Both the position numbers and the translations under genes were made by a program. Under the pieces are notes generated by a model. That model did no database searches and had not been told where the DNA came from. It was given only the letters and a program-made list of their open reading frames with translations. 64,000 nt of DNA from Antedon mediterranea. Its lineage: Eukaryota > Animalia > Echinodermata. Location: positions 20,384,795 through 20,448,794 of the forward strand of contig NC_092670.1 of the NCBI RefSeq assembly GCF_964355755.1, in the 5' to 3' direction. Position 1 is the first letter of the stretch; every line of letters begins with the position of its first letter. This document shows positions 51,651 to 63,595 of this stretch, one piece after another.

Positions 51651-52255
51651 AGTTCACAAAAACCGTAGGACGGGCACAGGGAAGTTTGTTCGAAACTCCA
51701 ACCCCTCCCCTGGCTATGCGTTTAGATTTTTCATGCCTCCTTTACAAACCAAGATTATTAGAATACTATTAGGAGGATCAAACACAATTCTTGTTGCCAG
51801 ATTTAATTGACATTACAGGTATGAAGTCTATCAATATACAGTACCGCTTAATACAATACTTGTTGAGGCCATATCCATCTATACATTTTAGTGTTATTCT
51901 ACTTTAAAAAAGTCGATTTATATCAATACCCATCAACATACGATATAACGATAGAATTTATTGCAACTTGTCCATGTCGTATTCATCTACAAATAAAGTG
52001 TCTATTACCGTACTTTTAAAAATCTATTTATATCAATACCTATCAACGTATGTACGTGTGCATATTATATATACAAAACTATATACATCAACATAAATGT
52101 CATATCATCTACAGTCATTAGTGTTATTTCACTTTTAATATTAGTAAATCCAAAGGCAAAATACTGAAATAATAATAATGCTGTGGTCTCCATGGAGATA
52201 CAAAAAAAGAAGCGAAAAGCTAAATCAAAACGATAAAGTAAAACAGCCAGAAAAG

Positions 52256-52297
52256 TTAGCAGAGTTTTCGGGCAACACTAGCCCCTCATCAGTGCAA
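52256..52297 (-). ncRNA. Hammerhead-ribozyme-like motif in a second Penelope-like fragment (~52140-52318)
   Basis: Minus strand TTGCA-CTGATGA-G-GGGC(TAGTGTT)GCCC-GAAA-ACTC-TGC. Stem III is not palindromic, so it may be mutated. Confidence 0.55.
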
Positions 52298-52669
52298 GTG
52301 AGGGTACTTGTACAAGATAGTGTTATTTAACGTTTAGTCGATTTATATCAATACACTCATCAACATATGTACGTGCAATTCACGTCAACAATCAATAGTG
52401 TTAATTCCTCTTTTAAAAGTCGATTTATATCAATATACTCATCAACATATGTACGTGTCCACGTCATATTCATCTATAAATATTAGTGTTATTTCACTTT
52501 TAAAAGTCGATTTATCAATATACTCATCAATAAATGTACTTGTCCACGTCATATTCATTTACAAATCAGTGTTATTTCACTTTTCGAAGTCAATTATATC
52601 AATATAGGCCTACTCATCAACATATGTACGTGCAATTCACGTCATATTCATATATGATCAATAGTGTAC

Positions 52670-52671
<2 letters not shown>

Positions 52672-52705
<34 letters not shown>

Positions 52706-53666
52706 TCAGTATATTACACAGAGGCGCCTTACAAGATGGAACCATCTTAGCTTCAAGGCGCCTCAGATTACCAAATACAACATTTTAAAACAACTAACAG
52801 AAACATCAATTAAATCTTCCAGAATTAACAAGAAATTGTTGTACATAATAAAATAATAAAGCATTTTCACAATTCGAAAGAAGATCGGAACCAAAAATAA
52901 AAATTTCACTTAAAAATGTAAAATTAAATGTTAAAGAAAAATCCTTGGCTAAGATATCCTCAATAATTGAGTTAGCGCTTACAAGTAGAATATCTCTTTG
53001 TGTATTATAATTAGGGCAGTAACATAAGAAATGAAGCGGATTCTCAACATTAAAGCCACAAGTACAATTTGGATTGTCCCGAAGTCCATGTAAGAATAAA
53101 TGCGAATTGAGACAGCTGAAACCAAGTCGGATTCTAGTGTGAATTTGGTTAATCTTCTTATCACCTGTATCATAATAAGAACGTTTTTTTGTTTCAAACA
53201 AATTGGATTTCAGTAGCAATTTTTTAAACTCAACAAGAAATGAGGAATTTTTTATTTCATTATTTAACTCATTCCAATGTGTTATAATAGATGGGACAAA
53301 AGATAAACGATATGATGTGGTCTTACAAAATGGAATTATTATATTTCGGATGTTACGCAAGTTATAAACTTCAATATTGTCAGAAAAATTAAATAAGGAG
53401 TAAAGATACACTGGTGTTAACTTATGAATAATTTTAAAAAACAGTATTAGGTTAAGAAATTGTCTACGTTTTTCCAATGATAACCAGCCTAATTCTTGTC
53501 TTAATGCATTATGACTTGTATGTTTCCACGCACCAGTACATATTCTACCTGCAGAAATCTGGATATTTTCTAGTTCATCACTTAATTTATCTGGGATATT
53601 ACACCAAACAGGAGCTGCATATTCCATTAATGGTCTAACGTGTGATATGTAAATGTGACAGAGAGT
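52672..53666 (-). mobile_element. 5'-truncated CR1/L2-group LINE (ORF2 C-terminus, intact frame) with poly(A) tail
   Basis: IYISHVRPLMEYAAPVW..LENIQ..ELGWLSLEKRR and CTCGFNVENPLHFLCYCP. Open 287-aa frame; ~31-nt poly(T) on the plus strand at 52673-52703. Confidence 0.9.
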
Positions 53667-53872
53667 CAAATATTAGTGTTATTTCACTTTTCAAAGTCGA
53701 TTTATATAAATATACTACTCATCAACATTATGTACGTGCAATTCACGTCATATTTATCTACAATCATTTGTGTTAATTCCACTTTTAAAAGTCAATTTAT
53801 ATCAATTACTTATGAACATATGTACGTGTCCGCGTCATTCATCTACAAATATTATAGTGTTATTATGTTTTT

Positions 53873-56225
53873 CATATTATCACTGTGCTCAAGTATATGA
53901 ACATGACTATAGTTGAGAACAGTGTTGAACGGAATGGTGTACATTAATGTTATTTGTTGTATATTGTGCTCAAGTATACCAAAATGACTATAGTTGAGAA
54001 CAGTGGTAAACGGGATCGTACATTAATGTTTTTTGTTGTATATTGTTAAGTTTATCCTATTCTTTATCACTGTGCTCAAGTATACCAAAATGACTATAGT
54101 TGAGAACAGTGGTAAATTGGATCGTACATTAATGTTATTTGTTGTATATTATTAAGTTTATCCTATTCTTTATCACTGTGCTCAAGTATACCAAAATGAC
54201 TATAGTTGAGAACAGTGTTAAACGGGATTGTACATTAATGTTTTTTGTTGTATATTGTTAAGTTTATCCTATTCTTTATCACTGTGCTCAAGTATACCAA
54301 AATGACTATAGTCGAGAACAGTGTTAAACGGGATCGTACATTAATGTACGTTTTTTGTTGTATATTGTTAAGTTTATCCTATTCTTTATCACTGTTCTCA
54401 AGTATACCAAAATGACTATAGTTGAGAACAGAGTTAAACTGGATCGTACATTAATGTTTTTTATTGTATATTGTTAAGTTTATCCTATTCTTTATCACTG
54501 TTCTCAAGTATACCAAAATAACTATAGTTGAGAACAGTGTTAAACTGGATCGTACATTAATGTTTTTTGTTGTATATTGTTAAGTTTATCCTATTCTTTA
54601 TCACTGTTCTCAAGTATACCAAAATGACTATAGTTGAGAACAGAGTTAAACTGGATCGTACATTAATGTTTTTTGTTGTATATTGTTAAGTTTATCCTAT
54701 TCTTTATCACTGTTCTCAAGTATACCAAAATAACTATAGTTGAGAACAGTGTTAAACTGGATCGTACATTAATGTTTTTTGTTGTATATTTTTAAGTTTA
54801 TCCTATTCTTTATCACTGTGCTCAAGTATACCAAAATGACTATAGTTGAGAACAGTGTTAAACTGGATCGTACATTAATGTTTTTTGTTGTATATTTTTA
54901 AGTTTATCCTATTCTTTATCACTGTGCTCAAGTATACCAAAATGACTATAGTTGAAAACAGTGGTAAACTGGATCGTACATTAATGTTATTTGTTGTATA
55001 TTATTAAGTTTTTCCTATTCTTTATCACTGTGCTCAAGTATACCAAAATGACTATAGTTGAGAACAGTGTTAAACGGGATCGTACATTAATGTTTTTTGT
55101 TGTATATTGTTAAGTTTATCCTATTCTTTATCACTGTGCTCAAGTATACCAAAATGACTATAGTTGAGAACAGTGTTAAACGGGATCGTACATTAATGTT
55201 TTTTGTTGTATATTGTTAAGTTTATCCTATTCTTTATCACTGTTCTCAAGTATACCAAAATGACTATAGTTGAGAACAGTGTTAAACTGGATCGTACATT
55301 AATGTTTTTTGTTGTATATTGCTAAGTTTATCCTATTCTTTATCACTGTGCTCAAGTATACCAAAATGACTATAGTTGAGAACAGTGTTAAACGGGATCG
55401 TACATTAATGTTTTTTGTTGTATATTGTTAAGTTTATCCTATTCTTTATAACTGTTCTCAAGTATACCAAAATGACTATAGTTGAGAACAGTGTTAAACT
55501 GGATCGTACATTAATGTCTTTTGTTGTATATTGTTAAGTTTATCCTATTCTATCACTGTTCTCAAGTATACCAAAATGACTATAGTTGAGAACAGTGTTA
55601 AACGGGATCGTACATTAATGTTATTTGTTGTATATTATTAATTTTATCCTATTCTTTATCACTGTGCTCAAGTATACCAAAATGACTATAGTTGAGAACA
55701 GTGTTAAACGGGATCGTACATTAATGTTTTTTGTTGTATATTGTTAAGTTTATCCTATTCTTTATCACTGTTCTCAAGTATACCAAAATGACTATAGTTG
55801 AGAACAGTGTTAAACTGGATCGTACATTAATGTTTTTTGTTGTATTATTGCTAAGTTTATCCTATTCTTTATCACTGTGCTCAAGTATACCAAAATGACT
55901 ATAGTTGAGAACAGTGTTAACCTATTCTATCACTGTGCTCAAGTATACCAAAATGACTATAGTTGAGAACAGTGTTAAACGGGATCGTACATTGTTGTTG
56001 TATATTGTTAAGTTTATCCTATTCTTTATCACTGTGCTCAAGTATACCAAAATGACTATAGTTGAGAACAGTGTTAAACGGGATCGTACATTAATGTTAT
56101 TTGTTGTATATTGTTAAGTTTATCCTATTCTTTATCAATGTGCTCAAGTATACCAAAATGACTATAGTTGAGAACAGTGTTAAACTACATCGTACATTAA
56201 TGTTATTTGTTGTATATTGTTAAGT
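53873..56225 (-). repeat. 106-bp tandem array (~22 copies), right arm; reverse complement of 49345-51445
   Basis: Unit ...CTCAAGTATACCAAAATGACTATAGTTGAGAACAGTGTTAAACGGGATCGTAC... Confidence 0.97.
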
Positions 56226-56574
56226 GTATTCTTTATTCTTATTAATTGTACTAAATTATTAAAAGAAACAGTAGTAAGCATAACATTTCCCCACTCCTAC
56301 ATTAGCATGGACGTAGGACATTGTAATGGTCGCAGGTGGCTCAACTTTATTACTGCAATGGGATGGACATGGTCCTACTACCACCTTACCATCCAATAGG
56401 ATTCCAGTAAATTTCCTTTACTACCAATCATAATTCAGTAATTAAATGACTCCTTAAGTTAACAAGGAAATCAGCCTATCCCATTATACCGGTAGGCTTC
56501 GTCGTTACAGGCGTACTGCGGTAATAGTTGAGAATTCTCAACTAGCCAATTTGGTATATTTTATATACCTGAAA

Positions 56575-59500
56575 ATGGAGGAACTGGAAGAAAACGAAGA
56601 AGTAGATGTTATTGTACGGCCTGATGATACAAAAACTATGCATAATTATTATAAGAAATACTTAGCTTTGAAGAAAAGATGCGATTCTATACATCTAGTA
56701 AGATTATATATTTTTTTGTTAGCCCTAGGCTAGCCTAGGCCTAGTTTGTATGTTAGCTAGGCTAGCCTTATTAGGCTTAAGGCGCGCACCGGCCTAGGCT
56801 AGGCCTAGCTAGTCCAGCGAGCCCCTATTAAGCCTAGCTAGTGGAGGGCTAGGCCGATTAGGAGATCGGACCGAAATACATTAGCCCTAGCCTTTATATT
56901 TAGGCAATAAAAGCTAGGCCTAGTCTAGAGTATTAATTAAGTAATTTATTAATATTAAATTTAGGCCTAATTATTTTAAAAAAAACTAAAAAATAGCGTA
57001 ATTATAAACCTTTTTTTTTTGCAACAACATTGATATTTATATTATAAATATCAATGTTGTTGCAAAAAAAAAAGGTTTATAATTATATTTTTTAGTTTTT
57101 TTAAAAATAATTAGGCCTAAATTTAATATTGATAAATTACTTAATTAATACTCTAGACTAGGCCTAGCTATTAAATAGTAGGTTACTATAGAGGCCTATA
57201 TAAAATCTCATGAAATAAGCAGCCCATTTTTGTGGCACTACAGGACTACTTCATAATGTTATATTATACTGATTTTCAATGACTTACAAACATAAAGATA
57301 AACCAGATATTATTACTAATAAAAATATTATTTTCCTTTGTTTAATTTACCTTTATTTACCTTGAATTTACCTTGAACTTCGGACATTGAGAACTAGCTC
57401 ATTTGTCCCTCCATCGTCATAACTGCAAACTCTTCAGTAACGTACGGGCGAAACTTGATGTGGTGGTCAGACCAATATTTAGCAATGCCCGATTTGAACT
57501 CATTGACCGATTGTGCCTCTAGTACATGACTGGGTAATGAGTTCCAATCATCTACCACTCTTACCGAATATGCACTCTTTCTAACGTTTAATTTTATCTT
57601 GGGTTTAGAGACTTTGAAACTGTGTCCTCTAGTTTGTTTATAATTAGATTTTGCAAAGAGCATACTTATTAAATATTTTAAATGTTTGTAATACATCAGT
57701 CTTTTCTTTCTAAATACTAAAGTAGGTAGGTCCAAAGCCTTCAACCTCGCTTCGTATGGTTTGTGTCTTAATTCGGACACCAGCCTTGTTGATCTCTGTT
57801 GAACTTTCTCCAGTCTGTCTTTATCTTTTTGATAGATTTTTCTTTCAAAATGCATTAACTTTACATTAATGAGTGACATGAAAATCAATTTTGGCAAACT
57901 TCCTATCTTATTTATAACATTAAAGACACAGATCACAAAGCCAGATCATTTACACTCTTTACCCAGCTGAGCCTCTTTGGGTTCACCATCATAAATATAT
58001 TTTAAAATAATAGTTTTTAATAAATATTATAATTTCTTTTGTAGGTGAACGAAAGATTAGTAAATCGCATTTATTACATAAAGAAAATGATCCGAAAGTT
58101 ATCTAGAGAACGCAGGTTTGTTTTGATAATTTATTTGACAAAAAAATCTGGTCTCAAAATGTTATGTACTGTTGTAGTAAACACAGGTTAATCATACCTT
58201 CAAAGTATTCATGATACCTAGCCTAAAGTTTGTTTTAAACTTTATTAGGCCAAGCCTAATTTTAGCATAGTACCTACCCAAAAGGCATCTGGGTATCTAA
58301 AAGTTATTTTTTCCCCATCCATCCATGACACCCACCCCTATGCTTGTCTACTGTTAAGTTACATTAAATTGTAACACAATTTTTCCTTTTGTTTTAATAC
58401 TCCTATTTTAGAGCTTTAATTGCCACTCTTGACGAACATGGTGATGATTGTAGGAATGCCCCATTGATGATAGTTGTCGAGGTAAACTGAATTTTATACT
58501 TTAAGTACTTTTATTTTAAGTTTCAAATCTTAAGCTTTATTGAGACTATCAAACAACTAAGAAGAGTGCTGAGTATATTAATGAAAACACAACCAACCAA
58601 TAGACTTGCTCCATATTAACACAAACAAAATTCCAGATATTGTTTTTGAAACATTTAATAATATATAGCAAAAACATAATAATATATTATAAACAGTATA
58701 TTGATTTTATATTATAAATATTCACTTTAGGATGATATGCCATTTACTGCTGTGAGCTCGTCAGATCTAGGTGGAGATTTTTCTGATGTCCCATCAAGTG
58801 TACCACCTATAAAACAATCAGTTAGTCCTTCCGTAAGTGTAGCTAGCCCCTCTAACATTGTAACGACCTCCAAACCAGTAGCATCTGCACCACGAAAGAA
58901 GAAAAGGAGGGATGATAAGCCCGAGAAAGAAAAAGGTAATTACAATTTTACAGAAAAACAATACAATTCACTATTTGTGATGTATGATGATTCAAAGTAA
59001 AGGTTTACAATTTGATTTAATTTTTGTTCAGATCCAAATGCACCTAAAAAACCTGCAAATGCTTATCTAATGTTTTGCCAACAAGCAAGAGCACCAGTGC
59101 AAGAGGAACACCAGAACCTAGACAAAGACGATATTTCCCACCAAGAGCTTACAAAAGAATTAGCTAAACGGTGGAATGAGCTTACAACGGATCAAAAACA
59201 GGTTAGGATTTTTTATATATCAAGTTTATCCAAGCTAGCCTAAGGGACTGTCTCATAAGAGTGATAGCATTGACATTGGTTTTAATATTCTGCAAGGCCT
59301 GCTCTGTTGCGAAACTGGAGGTGTATGGTTAACATAGCTAAATAGTGTACATTGGGGTTTAGCTTGAAAATATACCAGGTAAACATCTATTATTCCCCTA
59401 AAGCACAATATAGTACAGTCGACTCTCCAAATACCTCTCTGAAAACCAGAAACTCTCTAACAACCAGACTTTTCTTGAGATCCAAATTCAATTTTACCAT

Positions 59501-60061
59501 TAGAAACACTTTCCGAATACTAGATTTTCTGGAAAACCAGACATTTTAGGCCAGCCCAAAGGTGTCTGGTATTGGGAGAGTTGACTGTATATAATATGTA
59601 TATAGAATTTTGTGGATAATCACTGAAATTGTTCATTTCAGGCCTACTATGACATGTACCAAAAAGATAAACTGCGATATGAACGAGAGCTGCAGGAGTA
59701 CAATGCTTCTTTACAAAACGCCAGTGCTGCAAACGCCCCCAGCAGTACCATCACTCAAAGTATGATGAAATTAGACGCTAATCCTGTAAAAGTTGAAAGG
59801 ATTATGCCTGTAGCGACTGTCGCCCTCACTCTCCCCACAATCTCTCTGCCAAAGGTAAAACAGGACATAAAAATGAAAGTAGACACAAAATTGAAACCAG
59901 AAACAAAGTTAAAACCAGATAAAGTACTAGAATCTGCATATTCCCGAAATAAGATGGAACGGCAAGAACTGGCGAAAGAGACAACGAAGCCTCAACCGCC
60001 CCCACTACCGGATGATTACGATCCTTATGATTTTGACGATGAAGAAAGTAAACGATCATGA
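56575..60061 (+). CDS. TFPT: TFPT/Amida (INO80F)-like protein with C-terminal HMG box (Nhp10-like), 6 exons, ~352 aa
   Basis: Exons 56575-56697, 58045-58115, 58412-58481, 58731-58935, 59032-59201 and 59642-60061, GT-AG and in phase. KKYLALKKRCDSIHLVNERLVNRI..KLSRERRALIATLDEHGDD resembles the TFPT coiled coil as I recall it ([39 protein letters not shown]). HMG box DPNAPKKPANAYLMFCQ..LAKRWNEL..DKLRYEREL. Confidence 0.85.
56912..57169. repeat. ~258-bp near-perfect palindrome in intron 1 of the TFPT-like gene
   Basis: AGCTAGGCCTAGTCTAGAGTATTAATTAAG... mirrored around ~57041 with only a few mismatches and indels. Confidence 0.9.
57340..57845 (-). mobile_element. 5'-truncated CR1 LINE fragment
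   Basis: LEKVQQRSTRLV..YEARLKALDLPTL..TRGHSFKV..VRVVDDWNSLP, with a 3' tail of short repeats (TTTACCTTGAA on the plus strand). Confidence 0.9.
59416..59587. mobile_element. Tc1/mariner-pogo-like MITE with TA TSD
   Basis: TA-CAGTCGACTCTCCAAATACC ... GGTATTGGGAGAGTTGACTG-TA. Confidence 0.8.
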
Positions 60062-60467
60062 AGTCAGTCTGTGTAGGTGGTAAGAAATCAAGAAAAGTAA
60101 TCTACTAAGTTGATAAGAAAGGAATAAAGTTTAGGACCTATGACTTGATATGCTATAATCAAATTTAAAATACCTTTCAGCTGCCCACTGCCAATGTTGT
60201 TAGAACAACATAAAGAAATACAAAATGTGTTTGAGTGAAACAAGAAAACTATATTTACAAATACATTCAATCTTTTAATTTTTATTTTTTAACCGACATT
60301 TTTGACAATGAATATATATTTGAAAGTTCTGATTAATTGTTTAATAAATAAAAAAGTGTTACATCTCATATTGTGATGTAATAACTTAGGCTTGATCTGT
60401 AGTCATTGTCAGTGATTTTTCCTTTAAAGTCTATACTGTATATTACTGTAGTTAACTTTACACTGGT

Positions 60468-62797
60468 CTATATTGCTGATTTTGGTTTGAATCCATCCTT
60501 CTCTGTCCTTAGAGCTCCCATCGTAGCTATCCCTTCCGACTGTCCAACGTGATCTTGCACTGATTTCACTCTGAAAATGAACAAGAGTAAATTTAATTAT
60601 TATTATTGTTAATGAAGGCTGCAAAAACTTTATTGTTCTGCCCAGGTCTGTAGTGATTAAGTCTACTGTATCTTACCTTACTCTCATAAATGGATTGTAT
60701 TTTTTCTCTTCACCGATCGTTGATGGTATTGTTGGAGTGTCTTTACTACGTTGTACCTACAACAAAACAATAACATTCCTTCAGCTCTGTCTACACTATC
60801 AAATTTATGTGACAAAAAAATGTGATGTGCCCATATATGGACATGATGATGTCCTATCACTACCATATTTTAGCACATCACACTTTTTTTGATAGTGTAG
60901 ACCAAGCTTAACCTACACATTTCATATATTATTTAGAAATGTATTGAGATAAAAAAAATTACTACAGTGGTCGCTATAGGAAAATTCTATTTTGTTTTTG
61001 CAGTATTGAACCATATTTCCACTTATTGCTACCTGTGCCCAAGACATCTTTTCTTTAATATCAAAGTTACTAGGCTCCACATGCTCTGCAAACCTCAGAT
61101 TGCTCACTGTGTACTCATGACCACAATATACTTTCTGCAGAATAAAAATAATTATTTACATTTATTTTCCAATACCTCAGCTAAATATACTATTTTCCAT
61201 TGAATTTTTCGTTTTTAATGGTTATTAATTAAACTAGCATAAATCCAACTCTTTCATCATCATCATCAGCCGTAATCAATCCACAGCATGCAGTTTCCAA
61301 TACCGTCTGTCTTATGTCTTGCTGTACCAATTGGTACTGCTCCGATACTGTTGGAGGTTATCTCTCCAACGCTTTCTTTGTCTGGCTCTGCTTCGCTTTC
61401 CCTCCATTGGTGTCCACATTGCTACACTCCAGCTGTTATCCTCTCTTCTAGATGTACATGACCTGCCCGCGAAAATATTTTCCCCAAAGACTTTCTCTTA
61501 AAATCCGAGAGAGGGTGTCACATTTTAGGGAGCATTATTATGAATATGCATAATGTTTCATCTGCTTTGAGCTCGCCCTCTGAATGAACTTTTTAATACG
61601 CTTTCCGTCGAGCCGTCTGTGTAGTCGCATGGATTAGACTATGGACTTTGCATGTCGATATATGGGGTTCAAATACCATGACCAATTTCTTTTTACTTTA
61701 TAGTGAGATAGATTATTTAGATGGTATGTAGCGAGTATCATTTGCTCCCTGAACCCTCTACCTGGATGTAATTTCTTTTGTCTTACCGTTTCATCTGGCA
61801 GGTTACTAAGAACGTTGATTAAAGCATTGTACATCTGGTCTGGTTGACCCTCAAAGAACTTGCCACAACCAGCTATGAAGAGCGTATCACCTTGAAAATT
61901 TAAAATTTGTATTTTTTAATTACACCGTTCCCTGGTTACCGACAAAGGCGTATCCCCTTACTTCGGTTTGGGGGGTTTTTTTTTGGCATGGTTGGAATTA
62001 CTTTTTATCGTATTAGTTTATGTACAGAGCTTAGAGGTTTCAGAACATTAGGCGCTATATAAATCCAGGATATTATTATTATTAACAAGGCCGTAGCGAA
62101 AGATTAAAAACGGACATAAGGCAAAGATACTTTAAATATAATTATTTAAAATTTAATGATTTCTGCTGGGGAATTAGGGTGGGTAGTGAACATTGAAAAT
62201 TTCAGACGAGGCCCTCGTCTTGTCTGCCTCATGCTGGCTACGGCACTGAGTAACTAGAAATTTAAAAACAATACACTTACAAAGCATACAATGTATTTTT
62301 TAAAGACACAAATGGTTGAAGTCTGCATTATAGTACTGTATGTTGTAGACATGCTTTCTGACTATTTACCTGTGAAAACAGCAGGGTCTTGTCCATCTTG
62401 ACCAGTTACATAAAAACAAATGTGTCCAGATGTGTGACATGGTGTAAACAGACATTGAATATTTAAACTTCCAACCTGCAAAGAAAATGAAAGAAATTAG
62501 TTTTGTCCTAATTAGATTCAACTATTCAATTTCAATTTTGCTTTTATTTCGGATTCACATCCATAGTTTTAAATGTATTGCAAAATAAGTGTAAATATAC
62601 CATTATCAGATCATTTGAATGGAAAGACAGACATGTTCCCTAAGGATTGAAATTCCTGGATGTATTGTGCATATGTTACCTTGAATTTATCATCATGACT
62701 GACTTTGTTGGTTAACGCTGGGATTCTGTCATCCCCACCATAAACATTTAGCCCCTGTTGAAGAGACACAAGTTTCTCATTTCCTCCTGAATGATCC
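60468..62797 (-). CDS. HAGH: Hydroxyacylglutathione hydrolase (glyoxalase II), last six coding exons; 5' exons outside the window
   Basis: Exons 62797-62680 ([15 protein letters not shown]), 62475-62370 ([14 protein letters not shown]), 61890-61787 ([14 protein letters not shown]), 61134-61033 ([15 protein letters not shown]), 60756-60677 ([16 protein letters not shown]) and 60570-60468 ([15 protein letters not shown]). Phases are consistent. Confidence 0.95.
60783..60909. mobile_element. PIF/Harbinger-like MITE copy (same family as in the PLBD1 introns)
   Basis: AGCTCTGTCTACACTATCAAA ... TTTGATAGTGTAGACCAAGCT. Confidence 0.8.
61254..61470 (-). mobile_element. RTE-clade LINE 3' fragment
   Basis: Minus frame [26 protein letters not shown], followed by a (GAT)n tail. 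Confidence 0.7.
62086..62248. mobile_element. Possible hAT-type MITE
   Basis: CAAGGCCGTAGC ... GCTACGGCACTG imperfect inverted ends; no TSD recognised. Confidence 0.4.
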
Positions 62798-63487
62798 CTA
62801 AAAGAAAAATGCATTTTTTAATACAAATCTTTTACTTTTTAAAAAAACATTTGAAGGTAACTACCAGAACGAATACAATTGATAGGAAATAATACTGAAT
62901 AAAAAGACAATTAGTGCTAATTTAAATAAATATAAAGGAAACACGAATAGCTATTGTATTTCGTAACTGCTTCCGATGTGTACAGTAGTACTAATTTGAA
63001 TATTGAATTGGTGTTAGTTAAATTGATTGGTCGATAGTTGTTGCTATTGTAGTCAATGGATATATAAAAGTGGCATGTACAAACTCCTCTCATTCACTTG
63101 GAAAAACTGCTAAACATACATTGTATTGCTATAATACACTAACAAAATGCAGAGCAGAGGCGAGAAGTCTGTTAATGTCTGTAGATCCATTCGAGTCTCG
63201 CACAGTTGGAAAGGGTCCAACCACCAGACAGTTTATAAAAGGATATGAGATTTTAAAAGTTCACAATAAAATTTTCGAGTGCTATATTAATGAAAGTGTG
63301 GCCCTAACGGGAAGCATAATATATATATAAACTTTATTTAGACACGAGACTGATGTGCAGTACAACTCGTTCAATCAATATTGATTGTTTTTACACAAGT
63401 TCGTGATACTGTATTACAAAAAAACCAACACCATATAAATACGACAAAAACGATAGAAAAAATTAAAATTGAAAAGAAAAAAAATTA

Positions 63488-63595
63488 CAGCAGAATCCCC
63501 TTCATCTGACACCTCTATTTAGGGTACACCATACCGGTACTTCCCGTGTAAACGGGAACCCTTATCGAAGTGTATAATTCATGGGGATTCTACTG
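63488..63595. mobile_element. Tc1/mariner-pogo-like MITE with TA TSD
   Basis: TA-CAGCAGAATCCCCTTCAT ... ATGGGGATTCTACTG-TA. Confidence 0.7.

Larger units (their letters stand above)
51888..53865 (+). repeat. Degenerate ~85-bp tandem repeat in the foldback loop, interrupted by two retro-insertions
   Basis: AGTCGATTTATATCAATATACTCATCAACATATGTACGTG...TAGTGTTATTTCACTTTTAAAA recurs at 51890-52665 and 53670-53865. Confidence 0.8.
48985..56548. mobile_element. Foldback-like structure: 26-bp outer inverted repeats plus two inverted 106-bp arrays around a 2.4-kb loop
   Basis: TGGCTAGTTGAGAATTCTCAACTATT (48985-49010) and its exact reverse complement (56523-56548), with the arrays in opposite orientation. 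No transposase and no clear TSD. Confidence 0.6.
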
